Below, in pieces: positions 36,713-45,664 of a DNA stretch of 64,000 bases. Each line of letters starts with the position of its first letter. The stretch's first letter is position 1. The position numbers and the translations under genes were made by a program. The DNA is from Gaiellales bacterium (GTDB taxonomy: Bacteria > Actinomycetota > Thermoleophilia > Gaiellales > F1-60-MAGs149): assembly GCA_038321545.1 (NCBI GenBank), contig JBBQFB010000001.1, forward strand, positions 5,239 to 69,238, written 5' to 3'. The notes beneath the pieces are model-generated. The model was not told the origin of the DNA and ran no database searches. It saw only the letters and a list, made by a program, of their open reading frames with translations.

Positions 36713-37968
36713 CAGCGGTCGCAATCCCCCATGACCGGGTCGATCGACGCCAGGATCGCGATCAGGTCGGCCAGGTAGTGGCCGGTCGCGAGCGCCGCGA
36801 GCGACGACAGCGTCACGAAGCTGGGCGGTCGCAGGCGCGCGCGCCACGGCTTCGCGGAGCCGTCCGAGATCATGTAGAAGCCGAACTCGCCGCGGGCCGA
36901 CTCGATCGGCGCATAGATCTCACCGGGCGGCACGCGGAAGCCCTCGGTGACGATCTTGAAGTGATGGATGAGCGACTCCATCGAGGTGTGCAGCTCGTGG
37001 CGCGGCGGCAGCACGACCTTGCGGTCGTCCGAGATGACCGGGCCCTCCGGCAGGCCGTCGAGGCACTTCTCGATCAGGTCGAGCGACGACCGCATCTCCT
37101 GGACGCGCACCCAGAAGCGGTCGAACACGTCGCCGTTCTGGCCCAGCACGGGCTGGTAGTCGAGCTCGCGGTACGCGCCGTAGCCGCCGTTCGCCGTGCG
37201 CAGGTCCCACGGGATGCCGGAGGCGCGTACGTTCGGGCCGGACTGCGCCATCAGCATCGCGAACTCGGGCGGCATCACCCCCACCCCGACGGTGCGCGAG
37301 CGCCAGATCGGATTCTGTCCGATCAGGTCCTCGTACTCGGAGATGCGGCCCCGCATGTACGAGATGAACTGGCGCGCCTTCGGCTCGAAGCCCTTCGGGA
37401 TGTCCTCGGCGACGCCGCCCACCTGGCTGTAGCGCGGGTGCATGCGCTGGCCGGTGACCATCTCGAACAGGTCGAGCACGTAGTCGCGGTCGCGGAAGCA
37501 GTAGAACAGCAGGGCGATGCCGCCCAGGTCGACCGACCCGGTGCCGAGGAAGATCAGGTGCGAGTGCAGCCGCGTGAGCTCCTGGAAGATCACGCGCAGG
37601 TACTCGCCGCGACGCGGCACCTCGAGTTCGAGCAGCTTCTCGACGGCCATGCAGAACGCGACCTCGCCCGAGAAGAACGACAGGTAGTCCATCCGCGGGA
37701 CGTACGTGATCGCCTTCCAGTACGTCTTCTGCTCGATGTTCTTCTCGATGCCCGTATGCACGTAGCCGAGCTCGTTGCGCAGGCCGGCCACGATCTCGCC
37801 GTCGAGGTGGACGACGAGGCGCAGCACGCCGTGCGTGGACGGATGGTTCGGGCCCAGGTTGATCTCGAGCAGGTCGGGGTTGTCGGTCGACGGCACCGTC
37901 ACCGACGGCGTCGGCGAGGGGATGGCCAGCGTCGGCCACGCATGCTTGCGGGGCTGGGTGGCGGCCAT
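36712..37968 (-). CDS. nuoD: NADH-quinone oxidoreductase subunit D
   Basis: 418 aa from ATG 37968 (MAATQPRKH..); LGPNHPSTHGVLRL. Confidence 0.93.
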   Translation of the reverse strand: MAATQPRKHAWPTLAIPSPTPSVTVPSTDNPDLLEINLGPNHPSTHGVLRLVVHLDGEIVAGLRNELGYVHTGIEKNIEQKTYWKAITYVPRMDYLSFFSGEVAFCMAVEKLLELEVPRRGEYLRVIFQELTRLHSHLIFLGTGSVDLGGIALLFYCFRDRDYVLDLFEMVTGQRMHPRYSQVGGVAEDIPKGFEPKARQFISYMRGRISEYEDLIGQNPIWRSRTVGVGVMPPEFAMLMAQSGPNVRASGIPWDLRTANGGYGAYRELDYQPVLGQNGDVFDRFWVRVQEMRSSLDLIEKCLDGLPEGPVISDDRKVVLPPRHELHTSMESLIHHFKIVTEGFRVPPGEIYAPIESARGEFGFYMISDGSAKPWRARLRPPSFVTLSSLAALATGHYLADLIAILASIDPVMGDCDR

Positions 37969-38603
37969 CAGACGTCGTCCGAGAACTGCACGGGCTCGCC
38001 GCCGACGGGCGAGTCCTTGCGATGCGGGTGGCCTTCCCAGTAGTCGGGAAGCAGGATCCGGACGAGGTTCGGGTGACCCGTGAAGACGACGCCCATCATG
38101 TCGTAGGCCTCGCGCTCGTGGTAGTCGGCGGAGGGGAAGACGCCGATCAGCGTCGAGATCTCCTCGCCGTCGTCGAGCCAGGCCTGGATCCGCACGCGGC
38201 GGTGCTCGCCCGGCGCGACGGTCATCAGCTTCAGCAGGTGGCTGGAGACCGTGAAGCGCTTGTCGCCGAGCGGCTTCGGCACGGCCGCATTGCCCCACGA
38301 TCCGGAGCGGTTCATGTCGCGGCCGCCGAAGGCGTTCGTTCCCCAGTAGCCCGCGACGTCCCCGCCGTAGCCGAGCCAGTCGGCCGTCACGACGTCGGAC
38401 AAGAAGTCGTAGCCCTCGTCGTCGCGCATGAACGTGGCCGTCTCGACCCAGCGATCGGCGGCGACCACGATCGTGAGCTCGTCGCGGTCGATCTTGTGCG
38501 TCAGCACGCCGCCCTCCCCGAGGGCGGCGGTGAGGCGCTCCAGTGCGCCCACGTCGGGGTCGCCCCACGTCGGCTGCGAGATCTCGCGAATCGGGTCAGG
38601 CAT
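37968..38603 (-). CDS. nuoC: NADH-quinone oxidoreductase subunit C
   Basis: 211 aa; position between nuoB and nuoD, typical ..[19 protein letters not shown].. Confidence 0.9.
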   Translation of the reverse strand: MPDPIREISQPTWGDPDVGALERLTAALGEGGVLTHKIDRDELTIVVAADRWVETATFMRDDEGYDFLSDVVTADWLGYGGDVAGYWGTNAFGGRDMNRSGSWGNAAVPKPLGDKRFTVSSHLLKLMTVAPGEHRRVRIQAWLDDGEEISTLIGVFPSADYHEREAYDMMGVVFTGHPNLVRILLPDYWEGHPHRKDSPVGGEPVQFSDDV

Positions 38604-39123
38604 CGCTCTGCTGCTGGAGGTATGCGGGCGGGATACCGGCCTTGATCTTCTTCTGCAGCGTCAGCAGGCCCTCGACGACCGCCTCGGGACGCGGCGGGCA
38701 GCCCGGCACGTAGACGTCGACCGGGACGATCTTGTCGACGCCCTGGAGGACCGCGTAGTTGGCGAACATCCCGGCCGTGGACGAGCAGGCGCCCATCGCC
38801 ATCACCCACTTCGGCTCGAGCATCTGCTCGTACAGCTGCCGGATCGGCTCGGCCATCTTGTGGGCCACACGGCCCGACACGATGATCAGGTCGGCCTGAC
38901 GGGGCGTGGCGCGCACGACCTCGGAGCCGAACCGCGCGACGTCGTAGCGCGCCGAGGTGATCATCGCGATCATCTCCATGGCGCAGCACGCGAGGCCGAA
39001 GCCGAACGGCCAGACCGAGTTGGACGAGGCCCAGGCCATGGCCTTCTCGACCGTCGTCGTCATGACGATGTCCTCGAGCTGGGTCGCGCGCAACGAGCGC
39101 CGCACCTGTGCGGGCGGGATCAC
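38596..39123 (-). CDS. nuoB: NADH-quinone oxidoreductase subunit B
   Basis: 175 aa from GTG 39123 (GTGA overlap with nuoA stop); [25 protein letters not shown]. Confidence 0.9.
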   Translation of the reverse strand: MIPPAQVRRSLRATQLEDIVMTTTVEKAMAWASSNSVWPFGFGLACCAMEMIAMITSARYDVARFGSEVVRATPRQADLIIVSGRVAHKMAEPIRQLYEQMLEPKWVMAMGACSSTAGMFANYAVLQGVDKIVPVDVYVPGCPPRPEAVVEGLLTLQKKIKAGIPPAYLQQQSDA

Positions 39124-39482
39124 TTCCACTCGAGTGCTCCCTTCCGCCAGATGTAGATGTAGCCGACCGCCAGCACCGCGACGAACGTGCACAGCTCGAT
39201 GAAGCCGAACGTGCCGAGCTTGTCGAGGATCACGGCGAGCGGGTAGAGGTAGACGATCTCGATGTCGAAGACGATGAACAGCATCGCCGTCAGGTAGTAG
39301 TTGATCGAGAGGTTCGTGGGCTGGAACGAGCCCGGCGAGACGCCCGACTCGAACGAGTACGACTTCTGCCGGCCGGGCCGCCGGCCGCGCGTGCCGAGGG
39401 CGACGGACGCGTACAGCAGGCTGCCCGCGACGAGCGCGGCAAACAGCAGGTAGATGAGCAGGGAGGCCCAGTCGCCAAGCAT
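39120..39482 (-). CDS. nuoA: NADH-quinone oxidoreductase subunit A
   Basis: 120 aa, three TM segments; GAAGGAGGGGG SD 6 nt upstream of ATG. Confidence 0.9.
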   Translation of the reverse strand: MLGDWASLLIYLLFAALVAGSLLYASVALGTRGRRPGRQKSYSFESGVSPGSFQPTNLSINYYLTAMLFIVFDIEIVYLYPLAVILDKLGTFGFIELCTFVAVLAVGYIYIWRKGALEWK

Positions 39483-39551
39483 CAGCGCCCCCTCCTTCGG
39501 CTGTTCGCAGCCAGTTCCTTGAGCCCCATGGCAGCTGCCACCTCGCGGCAG

Positions 39552-39580
39552 ACTCTAGCGCGGCCTCTCAGGAGTAACAA
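39552..39580 (-). promoter_or_regulatory. candidate nuo operon promoter TTGTTA-N17-TAGAGT (read on minus strand)
   Basis: -35 = complement of 39575-39580, -10 = complement of 39552-39557; would give a 5' UTR of roughly 60-65 nt. Confidence 0.35.
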
Positions 39581-39708
39581 ACCACCATCCGGCGTTCGGC
39601 ACCCGAAGTCGTCCAATCGCAAGCAGGGAGCCGATTTGCGGGCGATCATCGTGCGCTTCGGCACGTGTCACAAGCCGTGCCTGGCGGAAGGCACTACGCT
39701 TGCCTGCG

Positions 39709-40275
39709 ATGACGGGCACGGTCACGATCGTCGAGTACCGCGAGGCGTGGCCGGGCGAGTTCCGCGTCCTCGCGGCCGAGCTGCGAGCCGTGTTCGGCGA
39801 GGCGGTGCTGCGGGTCGACCACATCGGCTCGACCGCCGTGCCGGGCCTCGCGGCCAAGGACGTGATCGACGTGCAGGTGACCGTCGCGGCGCTCTCCGAC
39901 CTGTCGCGGGCGACGGCCGGGTTCGAGGAGGTGGCGGGGCTGGCCGACCATCCGCCGCCGGGGTTCGCGGGCCATCCCGACGAGCTCGCCAAGCGCTACT
40001 TCCGCGCACCGGCCCGCCTCCGGCCCGCCCACGTGCACGTGCGCGAGGCCGGCCGGCTGAACCAGCGCTACGCCCTGCTGTGCCGCGACTACCTGCGGGC
40101 GGCGCCGGATGCGGCCGCCGCGTACGCCGAGGTGAAGCGCGTGCTGGCACGCCGGTTCCCCGATCACCGCGACACCTACAGCGACGTCAAGGACCCGGTC
40201 GTCGACGTGCTGATGGCCGGTGCCGAGGCCTGGGCGCGCACGACCGGCTGGTCGATCGGCCCGGCCGATGCCTGA
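39709..40275 (+). CDS. GrpB family protein
   Basis: ATG 39709 within track ORF 39700..; EYREAWPGEF, VDHIGSTAVPGLAAKDVIDVQV. Confidence 0.8.
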   Translation: MTGTVTIVEYREAWPGEFRVLAAELRAVFGEAVLRVDHIGSTAVPGLAAKDVIDVQVTVAALSDLSRATAGFEEVAGLADHPPPGFAGHPDELAKRYFRAPARLRPAHVHVREAGRLNQRYALLCRDYLRAAPDAAAAYAEVKRVLARRFPDHRDTYSDVKDPVVDVLMAGAEAWARTTGWSIGPADA

Positions 40276-40849
40276 GCCGAAGGCCGACCTGCGGCGACGA
40301 CTGCGCCGAGCCCGCGCCGACCGCAGCGATCACGAGCGCGCCGCCGCCGGCGCCGCGCTGGCACGCCACGCGGCGGCGCTGGACGGCGCCACGATCGCGG
40401 CGTTCGTCGGCGTCCGTTCGGAGCCGCCGACGCTGCCGCTGCTCGAGGCGCTGCACGCGCGGGGCGTGCGTGTGCTGCTGCCGGTGTTGCTCGACGATAT
40501 GGACCTGGACTGGGCGGCATTCACCGGCCCGGCCGGGCTGGGGGAGGGCCGGCTCGGGATGCGAGAGCCGGCGGGACCGTCGCTCGGCCGCGATGCGATC
40601 GCGGGCGCCGACCTGGTCCTCGTGCCAGCGCTGGCCGTCGACGGGTCGGGGAGCCGGCTCGGTCAGGGCGGCGGCTCGTACGACCGCGCGCTCCCGCGCA
40701 CGACGGCGCGGGTGGTCGCGGTGGTGTTCGGCGATGAGGTGCTCGCCACCCTCACAACCGAGCCGCACGACCGGCCCGTGGACGGCGTCCTGACGGCAGA
40801 TGGCGGACTTCGCTGGTTTCGGGAATCTCCGGGCGGTGGTAGGCGTTGA
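40268..40849 (+). CDS. 5-formyltetrahydrofolate cyclo-ligase
   Basis: From Met17 of track ORF (MPEPKADLRRRLR..); LVLVPALAVD..G.RLGQGGGSYDR. Confidence 0.8.
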   Translation: MPEPKADLRRRLRRARADRSDHERAAAGAALARHAAALDGATIAAFVGVRSEPPTLPLLEALHARGVRVLLPVLLDDMDLDWAAFTGPAGLGEGRLGMREPAGPSLGRDAIAGADLVLVPALAVDGSGSRLGQGGGSYDRALPRTTARVVAVVFGDEVLATLTTEPHDRPVDGVLTADGGLRWFRESPGGGRR

Positions 40850-40876
40850 AATAGTCGCTACGCTGAGAGGACACCG

Positions 40877-41296
40877 ATGTCCGACACCCTCGCCACACCC
40901 AGTATCACCATCACCCCGAAGGCCGCCGACAAGGTGCGCGAGTTCATCGCCGCCGAGGATGACGGCGCCGAGGTCCTGCGCATCGCCGTCCAGGGCGGTG
41001 GCTGCAGCGGGTTCCAGTACGCGCTCGGCTTCGACGAGGCGCCGGCCGACGGCGACGCCGTCATCGAGATGCACGGCGTCCGCATCGTCGTCGACCCCTT
41101 CAGCCTGCCGTACCTCAGCGGCGCCGGGATCGACTTCGTCGACGGGCTGAACGGCACCGGGTTCAAGATCGAGAATCCGAACGTCGTGGCCGGCTGCGGT
41201 TGCGGCTCCTCCTTCCAGATGAAGGACGGCGACGATTCCGCCGATGCCGCGGCCGACTCCGGCGACGCCGGCTGCTCCACCTGCGCCTCGCACTGA
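40877..41296 (+). CDS. HesB/IscA/ErpA-family Fe-S cluster insertion protein with acidic Cys-containing C-terminal tail
   Basis: GGGCSGFQY, GCGCGSSFQ then 24 extra residues MKDGDDSADAAADSGDAGCSTCASH. Confidence 0.85.
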   Translation: MSDTLATPSITITPKAADKVREFIAAEDDGAEVLRIAVQGGGCSGFQYALGFDEAPADGDAVIEMHGVRIVVDPFSLPYLSGAGIDFVDGLNGTGFKIENPNVVAGCGCGSSFQMKDGDDSADAAADSGDAGCSTCASH

Positions 41297-41308
41297 GCCG
41301 AGCCGCCG

Positions 41309-43258
41309 CTAGGGCGTCAGCGTGTAGCCGAGCGCGATGTCGTTGCTCCGCACCGGTACCGAGACGATCGCCGTGCGGTCCGTGGTCGGCGCCGACCGCG
41401 CGTTCTGCGGCAGGACGACGAGGACGGTGCTGTTGGCGGGGAGTGGCGCATCGAACGCGACCAGGTAGTCGCGCCCGTCGGGTAGCCGCACGCGGATGCT
41501 CGTGACGCCGGCCGCGCTGCGCTCGCCCGAGCCCGAGCCGACGCCGGTCACCGTCAGGCCGCGGATCAGGTCGTACGTCGCCTGCTTGTAGGCCGGGAAG
41601 CGCATCTGCGCGACGAGCCCGCGGGCGCCGACGATGCGGCGCCGGACGTGAATCGTGGTCGGCGTGAAATCGTGCGCGACGGTCACCTGGCGACTGCCGC
41701 TGCCGGCGCGGGTCTGGCTGTGGATCCTGGAGAACGCGCCGCCGCCGGGGCGGACGTTCGCGCCGAGCCGGCCCATCGTCGGCGAGTAGCGGGGAAAGCC
41801 CGGCTGCGTCTCGAGGATCGTGCGGTTGCCCCCCGTCAGGCGCAGGCCGAACCCGCTCGAGGTGACGCCGTTGCCACCGGTGCCGGACAGCGGCACGCCG
41901 GTGCCGTCGAACAGGCGCGACAGTTCAGCGCCCCCGTTCCCGATGTCGCCGGCCGGGGTGATCGCCGTCGAGTAGGCGGGGGTCGTGATCGCGAGCCGGC
42001 GGATGTCCGGGTCGAAGCCGTAGGCGGAAGGCAGCGGCACCTCCTTCAGCGGTCCCAGACCGAGCACCGCGGCGCGGGTGGCCAGCGACTCGAAGCGGGC
42101 GGCTGTCAGCGCCGGGTCGAGGCGCTGCTGTGACGCGTCGTTCCTGATCCCGAAGAACGTCGAGCCGAGCAACGGCCCCTCGCTCGCGGCGAGCCGGTCG
42201 TACGTGCGCAACGACTGGTCGAACAGGTACTTCGCCTGTGCCCGGGCGGTGGTGCCGAACGCGAGCCGGCGCGACGACGCGACGGCGAGCAGACCGTTCG
42301 CCGCCAGCGCCCAGTAGCGGCGCAGCTGCCAGCGCAGGTAGCCGTGCCCGGTGTCCCAGTTGAGCATGCCGGCATGCGTCCAGTCGCCGTACAGGACGCG
42401 CTGCTGCCAGCGCCGCGCGATCTCGCCCTCGCGCCGCGAGATCGACTTCATGCCCTGCGACCGGGCCAGGTCGTACGGCCCGACGACGGCCAGCACCATG
42501 CTCGCGTACTCGCCGGTCGAGTTGCTGTTCTCCTTCGCGCCGGGCCGGTCGGGCCGGTAGTGGAAGCCGTAGCCGGCGTTCAGGTTCGTCGTCCCGCCCG
42601 CGTTGTTCTTGCGCGCATGGTCGAGAAACGACTTCAGCAGAGCGCGGTAGGGCGACTTCGCGAGCGACCGGCCGTTGACGACCCAGTCGGCCAGGAACAG
42701 GTCGGCGTTCCAGTTGACCTGGTCGAGGTGGCGCTTGCGGTTGAACGGCGACCGGGCGACGAGCGCGATCCGGTTGCGGATGCGCCGCTGGAGCTGCGCC
42801 GGCAGGCCGATCCTGGCCCGCGCCTGGTAGGCGGCGGCGAGCGCCTCGGCCACCTTCGGGTCGAGCGAGAAGTGTCCCGGCGTATTGGGCCAGTCGATGC
42901 GCGATGTCCAACCGGGGCCGGTGCTGCCCTTGAACCGGAACGCGGGCGCCTGCGTGAGCAGCTTGACGATCGACCGGGCCCGTGCGTCCTGTCGGCTGGC
43001 GCCGGTGTGACCGGCCAGCGCGGCGTTCGCGTGGGCGTACAGCAGCGCCGCGTTGACGCGCACGAACACCGTGCCGCTGGTGCGGTAGGCGCCGGCCCTC
43101 GCGTCCCACGTCGGATCGAGCGCCACCTGCAGCCGATCGGCGAAGGCCAGGTAGTCGCCGTTCGTGAGCGACGTGGCGGGTACGGCGGCAGCCGCCGGCG
43201 TCGCGGCAACAGCAAGCACTGCCGCCGCGAGCACGGCCCGGACCAATCCTCCCCACAT
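41309..43258 (-). CDS. large secreted hypothetical protein (family not recognised)
   Basis: Track ORF 41309..43288 trimmed to Met11 (MWGGLVRAVLAAAVLAVAATPAAAAVP, signal-peptide-like); GC-rich third positions throughout. Confidence 0.6.
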   Translation of the reverse strand: MWGGLVRAVLAAAVLAVAATPAAAAVPATSLTNGDYLAFADRLQVALDPTWDARAGAYRTSGTVFVRVNAALLYAHANAALAGHTGASRQDARARSIVKLLTQAPAFRFKGSTGPGWTSRIDWPNTPGHFSLDPKVAEALAAAYQARARIGLPAQLQRRIRNRIALVARSPFNRKRHLDQVNWNADLFLADWVVNGRSLAKSPYRALLKSFLDHARKNNAGGTTNLNAGYGFHYRPDRPGAKENSNSTGEYASMVLAVVGPYDLARSQGMKSISRREGEIARRWQQRVLYGDWTHAGMLNWDTGHGYLRWQLRRYWALAANGLLAVASSRRLAFGTTARAQAKYLFDQSLRTYDRLAASEGPLLGSTFFGIRNDASQQRLDPALTAARFESLATRAAVLGLGPLKEVPLPSAYGFDPDIRRLAITTPAYSTAITPAGDIGNGGAELSRLFDGTGVPLSGTGGNGVTSSGFGLRLTGGNRTILETQPGFPRYSPTMGRLGANVRPGGGAFSRIHSQTRAGSGSRQVTVAHDFTPTTIHVRRRIVGARGLVAQMRFPAYKQATYDLIRGLTVTGVGSGSGERSAAGVTSIRVRLPDGRDYLVAFDAPLPANSTVLVVLPQNARSAPTTDRTAIVSVPVRSNDIALGYTLTP

Positions 43259-43268
43259 CCATCGCAGC

Positions 43269-44222
43269 CTACTGCTTACGAAGCACATTGAGTCCGAGGA
43301 ACTCGTACGCGATGTTCGCCGCCAGGATCGCCGTGGGACCTCCCGGGCCGTCCAGCTGCGGCGATACCTCGACCACGTCGTAGCCCACGAACGGCAACCC
43401 GGCGAGCGCCCGCACGAACCGCAGCGCCTGGTACGGCAGCAGGCCGGCGGCCTCCGGTGTGCCGGTGCCCGGTGCCAGGCACGGGTCGATCACGTCGATG
43501 TCGAACGACAGGAACACGGGCGCGTCGCCGACCCGCTCGCGCACGCGGCGGCCGTAGTCGGCGGGCGTCATGTCGCGCAGCTCCTCGCACGGGATCACGT
43601 CGAAGCCGAGCTCGGTGCGCGGCCGGTCCCACTCGCCGGGGTCGTACAGCGGGCCGCGCATGCCGGCCATCACGGACTGCTCGGGCAGCAGCAGGCCCTC
43701 CTCCACCGCGCGCCGGAACGGCGTGCCGTGGAAGATGCGCTGGCCGTAGTAGCTGTCGTTGGTGTCGCAGTGGGCGTCGAGCAGCACGAGCGCGACGGGG
43801 CCGTGCACCGCGGCGTGGGCCCGCAGCTCTGCGAGGGCGATCGTGTGGTCGCCGCCGAGCACGATCGGCGTGACGCCGGCGCGCACGATCGCCTCCAGCT
43901 GCGCAGCGATCTGCGCGACCGACGCCGCCGCGTCGCCCGGCGTGGTGTCGACGTCGCCCCAGTCCACCACCGACTGGGTGGCGAAGCAGTCGACCTGCAG
44001 GTTCGGGTTGTACGGCCGCAGCAGGATCGAGCCGGCGCGGACCGCCTCCGGGCCGAACCGCGCGCCGACCCGGAAGCTCGTACCGGTGTCGAACGGCACG
44101 CCGACGATGGCGACATCGACGTCGTCGAGGTCCTTGACGTGCGGGCACCGGGCGAAGGTGCGCACGCCCGTGTAGCGGGGAGCGAGGAAGGCGTCGGCGG
44201 GGCCGTACCGGGGTGTCGTCAT
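43269..44222 (-). CDS. agmatinase / guanidino-acid hydrolase (arginase-family ureohydrolase)
   Basis: From Met92 of track ORF (MTTPRYGPADAFL..); GGDHTI, DAHCDT, SFDIDVID. Confidence 0.85.
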   Translation of the reverse strand: MTTPRYGPADAFLAPRYTGVRTFARCPHVKDLDDVDVAIVGVPFDTGTSFRVGARFGPEAVRAGSILLRPYNPNLQVDCFATQSVVDWGDVDTTPGDAAASVAQIAAQLEAIVRAGVTPIVLGGDHTIALAELRAHAAVHGPVALVLLDAHCDTNDSYYGQRIFHGTPFRRAVEEGLLLPEQSVMAGMRGPLYDPGEWDRPRTELGFDVIPCEELRDMTPADYGRRVRERVGDAPVFLSFDIDVIDPCLAPGTGTPEAAGLLPYQALRFVRALAGLPFVGYDVVEVSPQLDGPGGPTAILAANIAYEFLGLNVLRKQ

Positions 44223-44240
44223 GCGTGGAATGATCCCCCT

Positions 44241-44978
44241 ATGCGACTCGACGGCAAGCGCGTGATCATCACGGGAGGTACCGCCGGCATCGGATTGGCG
44301 ACGGTGCGACTGTTCAACGACCTCGGAGCACGCGTGCTCGCGGTGTCCCGCACGGCGCCCGAAGCGCTCCCGGCCGGCGTGCAGCACCTCACGGCCGACA
44401 TCGCCGACCGCGCGGCTGCGAGGGCGATCGCGGAGGGCGCAAGCGACCTGCTGGGCGGAGCCGACGTGCTCGTCAACAACGCGGCGCAGGACCACACGAA
44501 CCTGATTCTCGAGACGTCGGACGACGAGATCGACGCGGTCCTTCAGGTCAACCTGGCCGCCCCGATCCGCGTCACTCGCGAGGTCGCTCGGCTGATGGTG
44601 GAGCAGGGCACCGGCGGCGCGATCGTCAACCTCTCATCCCGTCTCGGCTCGATCGGCGTCGCGACGATGGGCACGTACGGCGCCGCGAAGGGCGGCATCA
44701 ACGCGTTCACCCGCCACGCCGCGATCGAGCTGGCGCAGCACGGCATCCGCGTCAACGCGGTCGCGCCGGGACTGACCGAGACGCCGCTCGTGACCGAGTG
44801 GCTGTCCGGCCAGGACGACCCCGAGGCGTTCCGCGCCCGGGTGGCCGCGCAGATTCCGCAGGGCCGCATCGGTGCTCCGGACGAGGTCGCCTGGGCGATC
44901 GCATGGCTCGCGAGCGACGTCTCACCGCACGTGACCGGTGCCGTGATTCCGATCGACGGCGGGTACACGGCGGCATGA
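44241..44978 (+). CDS. SDR family oxidoreductase
   Basis: ATG 44241 in frame of ORF 43164..44978; TGGTAGIGLA, YGAAKGG. Confidence 0.85.
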   Translation: MRLDGKRVIITGGTAGIGLATVRLFNDLGARVLAVSRTAPEALPAGVQHLTADIADRAAARAIAEGASDLLGGADVLVNNAAQDHTNLILETSDDEIDAVLQVNLAAPIRVTREVARLMVEQGTGGAIVNLSSRLGSIGVATMGTYGAAKGGINAFTRHAAIELAQHGIRVNAVAPGLTETPLVTEWLSGQDDPEAFRARVAAQIPQGRIGAPDEVAWAIAWLASDVSPHVTGAVIPIDGGYTAA

Positions 44979-45664
44979 CGCGCGTCGCCGTGGTCACGGG
45001 CGGCTCGTCCGGGATGGGCGCGGCGTGCGTGCGGCGCTACCTCGACGAGGGCTTTGCCGTGGCGTCGCTCGACCTGGCGCCGGCGGACGTGGAGGGCGTG
45101 CTGGCGATCGGGCTGGACGTGACCGATGCCGCCGCGCTGGCGGCCGCGGCCGGACGGGTGGCGGACGAGCTGGGCGCGCCGTCTGCGCTCGTGAACGCCG
45201 CAGGCGTGTATCCGCCGACCACGCTCGAGACGACGACCGTCGAGCTGTACCGGCGCGTGTTCGACAGCAACGTCCTCGGCACGGTGCTGACCACGCAGGC
45301 CTTCGCACCGGGCATGGCGGACGGTGGTGCGATCGTCAACTTCTCGTCCGTCAACGCGTTCACGCCCTCGGCCGGGCAGCTGCTGTACGGCGCCGCGAAG
45401 GCGGCCATCGTCCAGCTCACGAAGTCGCTCGCGCTCGAGCTGGGCCCGCGGCTGCGCGTGAACGCGCTCGCGCCCGGGTGGGTCGACACGCCCGGCACGC
45501 GGGCCAACGAGCGGCTCGCGGCAGCGATCCCGAAGATCCCGCTGCGCCGAGCCGCGTCGCCGGACGAGATGGCCGACCTGGTGTTCTTGCTGGCCGGCGA
45601 GGGGCGGGCGCTCTACGTCACGGGAGAGACGGTCGTCGCGAGCGGCGGCCTCGTGTTCCGCTGA
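44975..45664 (+). CDS. SDR family oxidoreductase
   Basis: ATG 44975 (ATGA overlap); TGGSSGMGAA, YGAAKAA. Confidence 0.85.
   Translation: MTRVAVVTGGSSGMGAACVRRYLDEGFAVASLDLAPADVEGVLAIGLDVTDAAALAAAAGRVADELGAPSALVNAAGVYPPTTLETTTVELYRRVFDSNVLGTVLTTQAFAPGMADGGAIVNFSSVNAFTPSAGQLLYGAAKAAIVQLTKSLALELGPRLRVNALAPGWVDTPGTRANERLAAAIPKIPLRRAASPDEMADLVFLLAGEGRALYVTGETVVASGGLVFR

Noticed and set aside
39483-39708. 6S RNA (ssrS), because a 5-formyl-THF cyclo-ligase (ygfA-type) gene lies nearby as in E. coli
   Set aside because: The spacer is better explained as the nuoA 5' UTR and promoter plus the grpB upstream region. grpB separates it from the cyclo-ligase gene. I could not recognise a 6S-like long interrupted helix by eye. 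Only a covariance-model search could settle it.
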